Origin: the human T2T-CHM13v2.0 reference genome, Homo sapiens
Length of the DNA: 64,000 nucleotides
Assembly: GCF_009914755.1 (NCBI RefSeq)
Contig: NC_060940.1
Direction: 5' to 3' (one strand)
Made by a program: the position numbers and the translations under genes. This document shows positions 34,854 to 64,000 of this stretch, in pieces. The notes under the pieces were generated by a model. That model was not told the DNA's origin, did not search any database, and saw nothing but the letters and a program-made list of their open reading frames with translations. Numbering within the stretch: the first letter of the stretch is position 1; every line of letters starts with the position of its first letter.

Positions 34854-35508
34854 CTGTTCACCAGGAGGCAGCGTGGCATGAACGGCAGCCCCCGTGGACT
34901 GGCTCACCCTCTCGGGGCTCCACCCTTTGCCCCCATAGAGCTCGTAACCTAAAAATGCAAGAAGCTAGAGAGAGTTCTGGAGAAACCAGAGCTTTCTCAG
35001 TGGCTGCCCTGTAGGTAGTGAAGAGTTTCCATGTTGCTTTGTATAGGACTTGTCAAGAGGGAGCCCAGGGTCTCTGGGCCACAGACTTTACTGAACATTA
35101 AATATGTGCTCTGTTGAGGGCCTTGGGATGACAGGGCCAGGTGAAACCATAGCTGCCCACCTGCTGCCTGTCTCTGGGAGGTGACACTGTCACGGCATTT
35201 GGGAATGTCCCACTGAGACACTAAGCCTTCTGGAAGGGCATTTGGAATCAACACTAGTGTAGAACAAAACGTAAAGTCTGTGGCCCACAGACCCTGGGCC
35301 CCCTCTTGACAAGTCCTATGCAAAGCAACATGGAAACTCTTCAGTACCTACAGGGCAGCCACTGAGAAAGCTCTGGTTTCTCCAGAACTATCTCCAGCTT
35401 TTTGCATTTTTAGGTTACCAGCTCTATGGGGGCGAAGGGTAGAGCCCAGAGAGGGCGCGCCAGTCCATGGGCGCTGCCGTTCACGCCACGCTGCCTCCTG
35501 GTGAACAG
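34854..35508. repeat. Long inverted repeat: arms 34854-35091 and 35271-35508 (238 bp each, ungapped, 16 mismatches), 179-nt spacer
   Basis: Base-by-base comparison of the left arm with the reverse complement of the right arm (position i pairs with 70362-i). Confidence 0.97.
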
Positions 35509-36258
35509 TAGACTGGCTGGTGCAGGGTGTAGGGACATCTGTCAGAAAGTGAGCCAGTTCTGGGGAGGAGCGTCCCAGCGTCTGTATTTAACTGGAAAGA
35601 GGGACACAATGTGAATATGGAAAGGGAGGTCCTGCCACGTGCCCCGTTGAGGGTCCTGGGAGCGTGGAGAACCCGGATTGAGAAGCGGAGCCCGTGGGAG
35701 GCACAGCGCGGGAGCCACATGCATAGCTGGAGATGTTTCAATTCTCCTTTCCTTCGCTTCTTCCCCTGCCTTCCTGAGTGTCCCACCCGGCTCCCCTCTT
35801 AGGAGGACCCAAGCGCCCCATGAGCCTGTGACTAAATATGGCCGGCCCTTCCCATCGTCGAGGAGTTCTTGGCCAAGGTGCTGGGCTCTGGAAATGGGCA
35901 CATTCTTCCCAGGTCTAGAGACCCGCCTGGCCCAGCAGCCAGCAGGACAGACCGGTAAAACCCTAGACTATTACTCACCATTGGCCGCCAGCTCTCGCTG
36001 TCGGCGGTGTCTGCATTATTTTTGGCTGCCTTTGCCACCCACCCTGAGCGCCAGTGAATCAGGGCTGCCACCTGCAGCTGTTCAGAGCAAGCCTTTTCTG
36101 TGAGCGTGGGGCAGACCTTTGCTAGGCCAGGAGCCAGCCGGCCAGCGTGCGGGGCAGATGCGGGCCCGGACGTGGGTTCCCGCACCAGCTGGCTCTGCCC
36201 AGTCCTTGCGGTCTGCAGGGCAGGGTGGGAGTCCCTCTGTAGGTACAAGTCAGGATAA

Positions 36259-36567
<309 letters not shown>

Positions 36568-36859
36568 TGAGTTCCCTGCCCCCTTGCCCCACCGCGCTGA
36601 TAGGAGGGACGTCTCTGGGTGGGAAGCAGGTACTGATGGCCTTTATTTTGTCTGCCAGTGTGGCCCCTGAGCTCTTGTCCAGCCTCTATAAGAGCTTGTG
36701 GAGAGGAATGTCCTCTGGGTTCCCTGGGGACAGTTCTAGAACCTTCTCCTTGAGTCAAGGAGCTGTCCCCTGTCACTGTTCAGGATTCTAGGCCACCTGT
36801 GGGCCCTTGGTGTCCCACGGGCAACAGAGCAGGATCCAGGAAAGACCCTGACACGGTAG

Positions 36860-37033
<174 letters not shown>

Positions 37034-37653
37034 TGAGTCTCAGGCGCCGGGGGCTCCGCTCCAGGGGTGGCGTGGAGATCTAGTGGGTTGCAGAGAAAGA
37101 TGGGCCCCCACCTGTGGCCCATCGGTCACTGTGGATGCCATTTGCATTTGCCTTGATGGTGGCTGCTGGTGGGCGGTCATGTGATGGCGCGAGCTGGGGG
37201 AACCAGAGCCGAGGTCCTTAGTTACCGACTCCCAGCTGTGCTTTTTCGCCATGTGGGAGACTTCAAGCCTGCAGCGTGGAATTTCTTTGAAGTGGCATCA
37301 AGCTGAGACATCTGCATCTTTCTCCGGGCCGAAAGGATCTCTGTGGCCTGTGTGCCTAGACCCACCGTCTCACGTGTGCCCGTTCTCCGTGCCTGTTCCT
37401 CAGGCCTCTTGCTTTAGTCTTTATCTCCACGCTTCCATACGTCTGAGGTTCAGTCGGCGCTGGGGGCAGGAGCAGGAGGAGGTGGTGGTGAGGATGATTT
37501 CAAAGACTCCGGTGTCTGCAGGTCACTGTGAGGTTTTCAGGGCCTCACTCTAGGTCCTCCAGCAGGCTGGGTCTGGGTGTGCGAAGTGGGCTCTGCTGAT
37601 CTGGTGGTCCTGCGCGGTAACGGCCACGCGGCCTGGCCGGGAGCCACCCCTGA

Positions 37654-37827
<174 letters not shown>

Positions 37828-38055
37828 TGAGGTTGCTGGGACCCTGAGCCCCTGCCTCTGGGGCGATCCTGCTCTGTGATACGCTCACTGTGTACCCACA
37901 GACACTCAGCGTAAAACTCCCACTTCGGCAGGGCAGATGGGTTTGATTTGGGACCCACCCTTCCCCAGACACTTGTTTCAAGAAAGCAGGGACTTACATT
38001 ACCCATATTATTAACGCTGACACCAAAAATAGCTAGTTGAATATGTTTGGGGTAA

Positions 38056-38424
<369 letters not shown>

Positions 38425-38709
38425 TGACAGGAGGTCGTCAGTGGTCAGCCTTGGGCCAGCTGGTGTGCAGGGACAGACCTGCAGGCAGACAGCAGCTGCC
38501 ACTGGTTGAGAGGTCCCCTGCCAGCCAGATGGGACAGGAAGGCAGGGGCTTGGCTCCAGAAACCAGAAAGAGCTGTCATCCTATGTATAATTAATGTGTT
38601 GATTCTTTTATACGTATGGGTTTTGTTGTTGTCGTTATGAAGTACAGCATACAAAAAAAAATAGCGATTACAGATATTCTTAGTACATGTCTGTGTGCAT
38701 ATGTACGTA

Positions 38710-39320
<611 letters not shown>

Positions 39321-39591
39321 TTAGTCATCTCTAAAAGCAGAACGTGGATGGGAAGAGAATACCCAGCCTGAGGTGTCCCTGAGACCCAGAGATGTCCCAT
39401 GGACTGGTGGGAATCTCATGCACACACAGCCTCTTAGCAAAAGCACTTCTGGGGTTTCTCAGGTTGGAGGCTGTCATCCCCTGGCCAACCTGGCTTTGTG
39501 TTCTCAGCCCCAAAGAGGGGCCCCGCTGAGCTAGAGAGCTCCACGTTCGGGCAAAGTACTGGGCCCCGTGGGTTGCCTGACTGTGCCTTGA

Positions 39592-39994
<403 letters not shown>

Positions 39995-40393
39995 TGAGCC
40001 TGCTGGTTTTAGTGGGAGGTCGGGGGGCCTCAGACCCGATGAGCTCCTGGGACAGCCCAGTGGGTGTAGCAGCTTCATAGCCTCGAGTCTGGCAGCTTTT
40101 GCGTGGCCCTGGGGTGTTGGGTTGGAGAGATGGGGCTGTGATGGGCATCTGATCTACCGGGTTTTACATATGAAGCACTTCTGTTCCAGTAGTCCAAGAG
40201 CTACTGCCCCAAGTGTCCCCCGCAACCAATTTCCAGCTGTCCTGGCCCCTCCCTTAACACCCCATGGTCCAGGCACCTGCAATGTGAAGGCCTGACTGGA
40301 GCCCCTGAGCCCTAGCCAGTGTGGTGCAAGGCCTGTGGCCCTGCTGCAGGCAGGCATGGTGGGGCTATCAGAGCCCTGGCCTCCTAGGGCTGA

Positions 40394-40519
<126 letters not shown>

Positions 40520-40718
40520 CCGAGGCCGCCCCTCCCACGCCCCCCAGCGCACATGTAGTCCTGAGTCCTCCCTGCCTGAGAGGCCACTGGCCCCGCAGCC
40601 CTTGGGAGGCCCCCGTGGATGTGGCCCTGTGTGGGACCACACTGTCATCTCGCTGCTGGCAGAAAAGCCTGATCCCAGGAGGCCCTGCAGTTCCCCCGAC
40701 CCGCGGATGGCAGTCTGG

Positions 40719-40724
40719 AATAAA
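40719..40724 (+). terminator. Possible proximal polyadenylation signal AATAAA
   Basis: Hexamer 200 nt after the stop; weak downstream U/GU element. Confidence 0.3.
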
Positions 40725-42299
40725 GCCCCCTAGTTGCCTTTGGCCCCACCTTTGCAAAGTTCCAGAGGGCTGACCCTCTCTGCAAAACTCTCCCCTGTCC
40801 TCTAGACCCCACCCTGGGTGTATGTGAGTGTGCAAGGGAAGGTGTTGCATCCCCAGGGGCTGCCGCAGAGGCCGGAGACCTCCTGGACTAGTTCGGCGAG
40901 GAGACTGGCCACTGGGGGTGGCTGTTCGGGACTGAGAGCGCCAAGGGTCTTTGCCAGCAAAGGAGGTTCTGCCTGTAATTGAGCCTCTCTGATGATGGAG
41001 ATGAAGTGAAGGTCTGAGGGAGCGGGCCCTGGGGCGAGGCCATCTCTGCCTGCCTCCCTAGCAGGCGCCAGCGGTGGAGGCTGAGTCGCAGGACACATGC
41101 CGGCCAGTTAATTCATTCTCAGCAAATGAAGGTTTGTCTAAGCTGCCTGGGTATCCACGGGACAAAAACAGCAAACTCCCTCAGACTTTGTCCATGTATA
41201 AACTTGAAGTGGTTGTGTTGTAGGGTTGCAGGTTTTTTGTTACGCTGCTGTCACTTTCTGTCCAGGAGCTGGCACCCCAGGTGTTCTGAGACCTTGAGGG
41301 ACCCAGACCTTTGGGTCCAAGAGTTTCCCAAACAGCCACGCCTCTCAGGAACCCACCTGGCGGTTCCGTGAGCTCAGGCAGGCCTGACCCGGCGGCACAG
41401 CCTGGCAGGGACCTCGTCCCCAAGCCTGGCAGAATGAGAGGGGTTGAGGTCCCGAGCGCCACTCCTAGCCTTGCCGCCTTCAATAGAGAAGAAATCCCTT
41501 TGCTAGATAGGGTCCCCCAGGCAGTCCCCAGTGGCGGGACACAGGGGTCCGGCTGTGGAGCTCCCCTGCCAGCCCCTGGAGCTCCAGGAGGGCCTGTTGG
41601 TCCCCTGTTCAGAATGGAGTGCAGCCCGCCAGCGGAAAGTGTTCATTCTGCATAGGTGTGAGGCTTTATCTGCACACAGGACATGAAAACCAGCAGAAAG
41701 GCCCTGAGCTGCTGCATAGCCCCATCTGATTTCTGCAGTTCCCGCCAGCCTCCAACACGGGGACTCTGCCGTAACTGGAATCTTCATAGGTCATATTGAA
41801 ATCTTCAAGGTGACCATGCCCCACCGGGGTGCTGGGGCAGTAGTCATGGCAGACTCCCGGCCTGGGCCCCCAGGATTCTAGGACCCCCAGGCAGCCCCTT
41901 GGACTGGTCCCGGGTGCCTTCCAAGCACAGTCTCCATGCTCCCAGATTCTCGACCTTCCCCCGGCCCGGGAGGTGCAGCCTGCGTCTGCCTCTGTCGTGT
42001 GTGCTGATTTGAGTGGCTTAGCTTGCCACAGCGCAACCTCTTCTGTCCCTTTCAGTCATTTGCTGTACTTCCCTGTGGCACGTTACCATGGAAGCCGCTC
42101 CAGGGTGGGTCAGGGTGCAAGCTGCTGGTGAGGTTTGGAAGCATCAGGCTCACGGGTGTTCATGTGTGTTCGTGCGTGTGTGTGCGTACGTGTATATAAC
42201 TGAAGTGTCTGTACGGAATGCCCTTTGCTAGCCATGGGCTGGTCACCAGATTGTTTTGTAATGCCCGCCCCTTGCCTCGATATTGCCAGTTTCTTGTGC

Positions 42300-42305
42300 A
42301 ATAAA
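42300..42305 (+). terminator. WWP2 distal polyadenylation signal AATAAA
   Basis: Canonical hexamer followed about 15 nt later by a GU-rich element (gtgggtggtgttgttgtggatgttt). Confidence 0.85.
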
Positions 42306-43645
42306 CTATCAGCAGCTGTGGGTGGTGTTGTTGTGGATGTTTACAAAGCCACAGTCCTCCAGTCAAGAGGACTCCGGGCCTCACAGACCCTCCAGGCCTG
42401 GATAGGGGTGGAAATTCCCTGACCTCGCTGGTTTTGAGAAGCATGTGTGTCATGGACCGAGGCAGCCCCCGACTTCTGGGCTGGGCAGCTGAGTCCTGGC
42501 CCAGGGGTCACCGGCTTCAGCCCTTGGTCAGCTGCCTCACCGTACCCTTTCGGCACCCTCTGCCTCCGCCTGCTGGACCCGGGGGTCTCCAAGCAGTTGC
42601 TGTGGGGTGCAGAACAATAACAGCTACAGACTGGGTGGGCTTCCGAAACTGGCTTGCAGGGAGAGTGTTCCAGGCAGTCATTCATTTGGGAAATACTCAG
42701 GTTTCACAAGTTCCACGACGGTCGAGGGACTCTGTGATCTTGACCTCAGGGTCACGTAAGGGCTCGCCACCCACTTTTTTTTGTTTTTGACAGATCACCA
42801 TGCTGGCGGGTCTTGATGCATTTGACAAGGAAGTGACTTTGTCATGGACCAAGCAGGGCCCCGACTGTGCCTCCGATGCTCAGCGGGGCAGACCTGTTCA
42901 GAGCGAGCTCCCTCCTGGGTTCGTCAGCTGGACTCACTGCCTCCAGCTCCAAAACCTTATTTTCAGGCAACAGGCCAAGGCTGTACTTGGACAAAATTAC
43001 TGGAAAAGGTCCAGATGTCTCATGATAAATTCAATAAGACATGCCCCAGTGGAAATCGTTCCCCCAACCCTTGTCCCCAGAGGGACCTACTATTCACAGT
43101 TGGCGGTGGCATTTCCAGACGCTTCTGTGCGGGTGGGCAAATCGTTTACACATACGATTTTTAAATATACCAAAAATGGAATATTGTACACACTGCGCAA
43201 CTCACTTTTTTCATTAAATGAGATGCTATGGACCCCTTTCCATGTTCATCGAAGTAGACACTGCTTAACTCTTTAGCCACAGTGTGATATTCTGTATGAT
43301 TGCAGTTCTGTAATATGCTCACCTCCTTCCTAAAGGAGGTGGCAGTTGTGTCCCACAGTTTGCTGGTGGCTGTGGAGCTCCGGGAAACGCCCTCGGGCAG
43401 GTCTGTGTGCTGCTGCTGCTGCTGCTCTCCTGCTAGGGGACGGTCCTAGAAGTTTGATTGTTGATCATGCACCTTTATTTTTCTTTAAAAATTTGGTGAA
43501 GGTTCAGTTGAAAGATGCAAAGGAGCTGCTGTGTAAGGCCTCCCTTACTCTTCTGTCCCTTGGCCACCCTGATGCCTTCCAGGAGGCAACCATCGCTGCT
43601 GGCTTCTTTTGGATCTTTCCAGATATACTTTAAAAATCCCAGCGG

Positions 43646-50510
<6,865 letters not shown>

Positions 50511-50616
50511 AATACATCAAAAAACAGGTAGCTATTAAGCATTGCTAGGACCCACACGCAGTGACCCTGAGGGTGCTGGGTTTCTGTTTGAGGGAGAAGA
50601 AACTCCTGAGCCCCTA

Positions 50617-51063
<447 letters not shown>

Positions 51064-51539
51064 CTAGAGGCGGACGTGATCCCAGCAGGACTGGAGTCAG
51101 CCCAGGGCATCACGTGCTCTGGTCCCCGCCTGCTTTGACTCCTCCTGCCTCACTCCCCCCCTGGCCTGTAGTCACGTGGGTGAGGGTGGTGGGCACCGGG
51201 GCTGGGCCCAGCCCCCGACCCTGCCCAGACAGACTTTCCTAAGGCACCCTTTTCCTCGTGCAGGTGCGGCCTCAGCCCACCCCCCTTTGAGCCCACAGAT
51301 TGCACCCCTCTGGTGTGCGGTTACCTCTTGCCTATGTTTAATTCATGGCTGGGGGGTTGGGACGAGCTTCCCAAGAAAGGAAAGAACTCCCCTGGGGTCT
51401 TGCCCAGTTCCTGCTCACCAGAAGGACCATAGCCGAGGTCCTCCTCCCAGGGCCCGGGGCTGGGGAGCGGAAGCCATCAGTGGGCTCGGAGGACACTGTC
51501 CCAGCCAGGACACGGCCATCGGTCACTAATCTGCAGCAC

Positions 51540-52040
<501 letters not shown>

Positions 52041-52543
52041 TAGGTGGAGGCACCATTACGAGCTCTGAGGAGTGGGTGCTAGGAGACTTCTGGAAGCCCG
52101 GTCCCAGGCCTGAGCCCCAGGCCGTGCGGGTGGTTTAATGAGGAAGCCCTGGGACAGCCCGGGGGCGGTGAGGGGTGGATGCTGGACTGGGGAGGAAGGA
52201 GGAGGAAGGAGGACCAGGGCTGGGGTCAAGGAGGAACGCCGAGGAGCGCTGTGGCTGGGGCCTGGAGAAACTCCGTGGCCCGGAGGAGCCCCAGACAGGG
52301 GCCTGCGGGAGCCGGGGCTGGCCCCTACACCCAGCCCGCACCGCTGTTCCCTCCCGCCACCCCAACCCCAGCACTCAGCCCACGCCTGCTGTACCTGGTC
52401 TCTCTCTCAGCCTCGCTCCATTGCTATGCCCCACGTCCCCTGCACCCACCACACTCCTCTCCCATCTTGTTTTCCAAGGGCAGGGACACATGCTTATTCT
52501 GCCGTGTGTTGGGTTCAGGTCCCCCCATCCTCGGGCTGCCTGA

Positions 52544-53095
<552 letters not shown>

Positions 53096-54061
53096 TGAGC
53101 CACGAGGACGGGCCTTGCCCATGTTCTCTGCTCACTCACTCGTCCACATTTTCCACATTTTCAGCAGGGGCCGGGGGTCGGGGGTATAGAGTTCCCCACC
53201 AGCCCGGCTGGGGCTGCGGGGTTGGGACTGTCATCTGGAGGCTCAGAAACGCTGCCCTCCATTGTCTGGGACCCCAGCAGCCCCAGCCCATGTTAGCAGG
53301 CCAGGGAGCCAGGGCAGGGTGGTGGGGGCGGGAGGGTTCCCCATGGCTGCTTCCCATGAACTCCTCCAAGGCAGGCGGCCACGGTGGCGACCTTGAGCAC
53401 TCTAGGGTCAGTTTCCCAAGAGGTGGGGGTGGGGTGGCTAAATGCGGGGGGTCGCTTCTCCCCCATTCCCAGCCCTGAGTGGCTCTGCCTCTCCTCAGGC
53501 TCAGACCCTGGGCAACCAGGGGTGCTCCCAGCTGTGACCTCCGTGGTTGGGTACTCCTGCCTGGGACCCCAGGAGGGGCTGCGGTGGTCGTTGGCTGGCA
53601 GCTGGCACCCTTTCCAGGGCCCTTTTGTCAAAGTCCTAGAAAACTTCATTTCCGTAAAGGTGCAAATGGAGCTCCATGGCTCAGCCTCCCTCGTGGCCCG
53701 GCCCCGAGCACCCTCCGGGCCTCTAGGGCTCCAGGGCACCCCCTCTTTGGACACAGTGGAGACTGAAGGTCTTGTGGGGGTGGAGGGCTGCTGAGGGACC
53801 CCGGGGAGCCCCCAGCTCCTGGCCCCAGCCTTCATCAGAGGTAAAACCCCGATGGACATTAGTGCAGGATGAAGTTGGCTTGGGGTGCAGCCCCGAGGGG
53901 CCCCCCTCCCTGCATCCACTCAGTGCTTGTGAGTCCTATCCTGCAGGCACCTCCCTGCTCCGTTTACAGATGAGCTCAGGGAGTCTCGGGAGATCAGGGG
54001 ACTGCACCAAGTCACCCAGGGGTGGTGATTGCCAGGCCCACTTGTTTAAGAAGAGGGAGGG

Positions 54062-59308
<5,247 letters not shown>

Positions 59309-59481
59309 GCCTTCCTGAACTATTCCCACCCATGCTTCTACCCCTGCCCAGGACAGCTGCTGCTCCTGAGCCCTCGAGGAGGTAAGGGAGCCCTCTGTTC
59401 ACCTGGATGATAGCGAAAGCTGTGTCCCCCTCCCCAGGGGTGGTTCACAATAAGGTTTCTGATCCCCTGTGTCTCCTGTAG

Positions 59482-59580
<99 letters not shown>

Positions 59581-59682
59581 TAAGCCCTGCTACACCCTCT
59601 GCTGGGATGTCTGGGAGACAGGGAGGGGTGCTTTCACCGAGGGTGAGATTCCCACACATCCACCCGAAAGTAGAGTCCCTGA

Positions 59683-60538
<856 letters not shown>

Positions 60539-60566
60539 TGAGCACTAGCTGTTTGCCAGACCCTGA

Positions 60567-61115
<549 letters not shown>

Positions 61116-61348
61116 TGACAACACGTTGAGATCTTGAAACTGGCCACAGCATGGATATTTACACCAAAGAAATTGGCAAATGCTATAAACCATGGATTTT
61201 TTTTTCTTTTGAGAGAGAGCAAGCTCAATATTCCAACTTACCAGCTCACTCCTGACCCTCACCACCCACTCTTTTGGAGCAGGTGGCCAGAGGAAGGGGC
61301 ACCCTGAGCTTAGCTCCCCGGCAGGGCAGGAAAGGGCAGGGATTCTGA

Positions 61349-61522
<174 letters not shown>

Positions 61523-62105
61523 TAGGGCCTCAAGTGAGGGTCTTAATGCAGGGACCCTGGAGTGAGAGGTGGTTCCTTCAACGTCTCTGACCTCACCCTA
61601 TTCATCAGCATAAAGCAGGGGTCGTGGACTCCAAGGCTCATAGAAGCCAGGAGGTCACTTATTGACCTGAGGGGCCAAGGTCAAGACCAACCTCCATCTA
61701 AGGGAGTTCCAGCCACTGGTTGCCTTGCAGGAATGCAAGGTCAGGGTGGCCAGAGCTCGGGGTTGTTCAAGAAAACCAGCAACCCAGACTTCCACTGGCA
61801 ACTCTCGAAACCACAATTAATTACTGGGGTTGGCAATCAACTTGGATATATTTAAGACACTGTGCAGGTGAAACAGAACCTCCTCAGGGGCCAGACCTTG
61901 CCTGGGCTTGTGGGCTGCTGGTCGCGCCCCCGTGCACAGGGAGAAGAGAAGCAGACGGGAGCAGAAGGGACCCCTGCTCTTGGAAGGGAGGCTGTGCGGG
62001 CTGGGGGTGATGATAGCCCGGCCAGCACACACACGTGGCATCTTAGGCCATGGGCAGGGGTGGCAGGAAGGGGCAGCCTGGGCTCTGGGAGACTTGCCTG
62101 TGTGA

Positions 62106-62623
<518 letters not shown>

Positions 62624-63278
62624 TAAGTGTGGGGTGCCTCCCTCCCCTGGGCCTCCTTCTCACTTGGGCCTGCCTGGTAGAGCCCCCCATCCCGCTGCCT
62701 GGCTGGGCCCTTTGAGGGTCTGATCCTTCCCTGGTGCCTGCCCAGGTGCCAGAGAGTTGTGGGCACAGCTGGTGTGGGCCGGTGGTGGGGTGAGGGAGAT
62801 GCAAGCCGGAAGGCACGTCACGTGGGGGAGAGAGGGACCCAGGAAGCCTCCATCCATCTGTCCATCCCCAGTGTCCCCTGGCTGTGACTCCATCCCTCCA
62901 ATTCTCATCCACTCACCCCTCCCTCTGCATGCCCTCTGCCTGCATCAGTTACACTGATGCCAGCATTCCTTAGCTGTCACCCACCTGCACTCATTCACAA
63001 TACAACCCTGCACCTGCAGACCCACCAGCCATCCTGTAGCAAGAACCCTCTGGTCACGTGGCCCCACCCTGCTCTTCAAAGCCCAGCAGTGCCCAGGGCC
63101 AGGGTGGAGGTGGTCCGGCTGCGAGGCCACCAAGGGCTCCAGCGATTTCAGCCAGCCCTCCTTGCCAACAGCCGGCCTGTGCCCCTGGCCTCTTGCCTGG
63201 AGGAAGTCTGGGCCTTGTTGGGTTCCCAGGTGTACCTCTCAAGTGGGCTGTCTATTCCAATCCCCACCATCCCCACAG

Positions 63279-63305
63279 GCTGGTGTGGCTGAGTGCTGCC
63301 ATGGG
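63279..63305 (+). CDS. CLEC18A: 27-nt cassette microexon (adds LVWLSAAMG after QPDNHG)
   Basis: ccccacag|GCTGGTGTGGCTGAGTGCTGCCATGGG|gtaggc; phase 2-2 matches flanking exons; peptide recalled from the longer CLEC18B protein. Confidence 0.7.
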
Positions 63306-63456
63306 GTAGGCAGAGCTGTTACCCCAGGAAGGGGCTTCCCTGAGAAGTGGAGCAGGGCTGGGGGCTTGGGGACGGGCCTGGCTCCCAGCAGCCCCGTCGG
63401 CAGGTGGGGGCACTGGAGCCCCTGAGATGCAGGGTCCTGATGGGTGGAGGGCTTAG

Positions 63457-63636
<180 letters not shown>

Positions 63637-64000
63637 TGATCCCTGACCCTGGGGGTGCTGCTGACCCGGTCCAGCCTGCAAGGGTATCTAGGTGGCAGGT
63701 TCAGAGTGGGTCTGGGCACACGGGGCCATAGAGGATGCCCTGTTGATGGCCTTGTACCTGTGGGCTCCTGAGCCCAGAGGGGTAATGACGGGCCCAGCTT
63801 CATACAGCAAGGCCACGCAGGAAGGACTAGAGCTACAGCTCTGCAGGGGATTTCTCCAAGGACCCTCTCCTGTCATGAAAGCTGCTGCCTGGGAACCTGT
63901 TGGGTTCCTTGGTGTTCCCGGGAGCCCCATGAACTGTGGTGGAGGCGGAGGTGAAACCTAGCATGGCACCAGCTCCCAGCAGCCTCTGCTAGGAAGGCCT

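Larger units (their letters stand above)
40520..42321 (+). other. WWP2: WWP2 3'UTR
   Basis: Repeat-free sequence from the stop codon to just past AATAAA 42300-42305; exact cleavage site approximate. Confidence 0.85.

Noticed and set aside
34854-35508. Reading the long inverted repeat as a MITE/foldback transposon or an inverted Alu pair
   Set aside because: No TSD or TA flanks, ends are CTG...CAG rather than CAG...CTG, and arms lack Alu similarity. A Dfam search is still needed to exclude a rare family.
43408-43426. Short (CTG)n tract; also (TTG)n about 16657-16681 and (AAAT)n about 59278-59308
   Set aside because: Too short or ordinary Alu-tail microsatellites.

Overview
Human genomic DNA, recognisably chr16q22.1, all genes on the + strand. 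It contains the 3' two-thirds of WWP2 (NEDD4-family HECT E3 ligase): exons 9-24, WW1-WW4 plus HECT, stop at 40517-40519, 3'UTR ending near AATAAA 42300-42305. It also holds the internal WWP2-C/pri-miR-140 promoter region in intron 10, the MIR140 hairpin in intron 16 (33661-33760), and 11 coding exons plus a 27-nt cassette exon of the CLEC18 paralogue next to WWP2 (CLEC18A by position; last exon beyond the window). All exon borders were placed by hand using AG/GT sites and codon-phase continuity. Introns and intergenic DNA are Alu-dense, with L1, MaLR/ERV LTR, Tigger, MER58 and MADE1 relics; most ORFs in the supplied track are Alu or GC-content artefacts. The most striking unexplained structure is a 238-bp ungapped inverted repeat of apparently unique sequence (34854-35091 vs 35271-35508, 222/238 identical, 179-nt loop). 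It lies in WWP2 intron 17, about 1.1 kb downstream of pre-miR-140 on the same primary transcript, and should fold into a long dsRNA hairpin. Other leads: a 136-nt AG-free tract ending in an acceptor that could define a poison exon overlapping miR-140-5p, paired SOX sites and a uORF at the WWP2-C promoter, a miR-25/92 site overlapping the poly(A) signal, and unusual CLEC18 lectin-domain residues (WNN, extra Cys352). Repeat family names and literature links come from memory and need confirmation.
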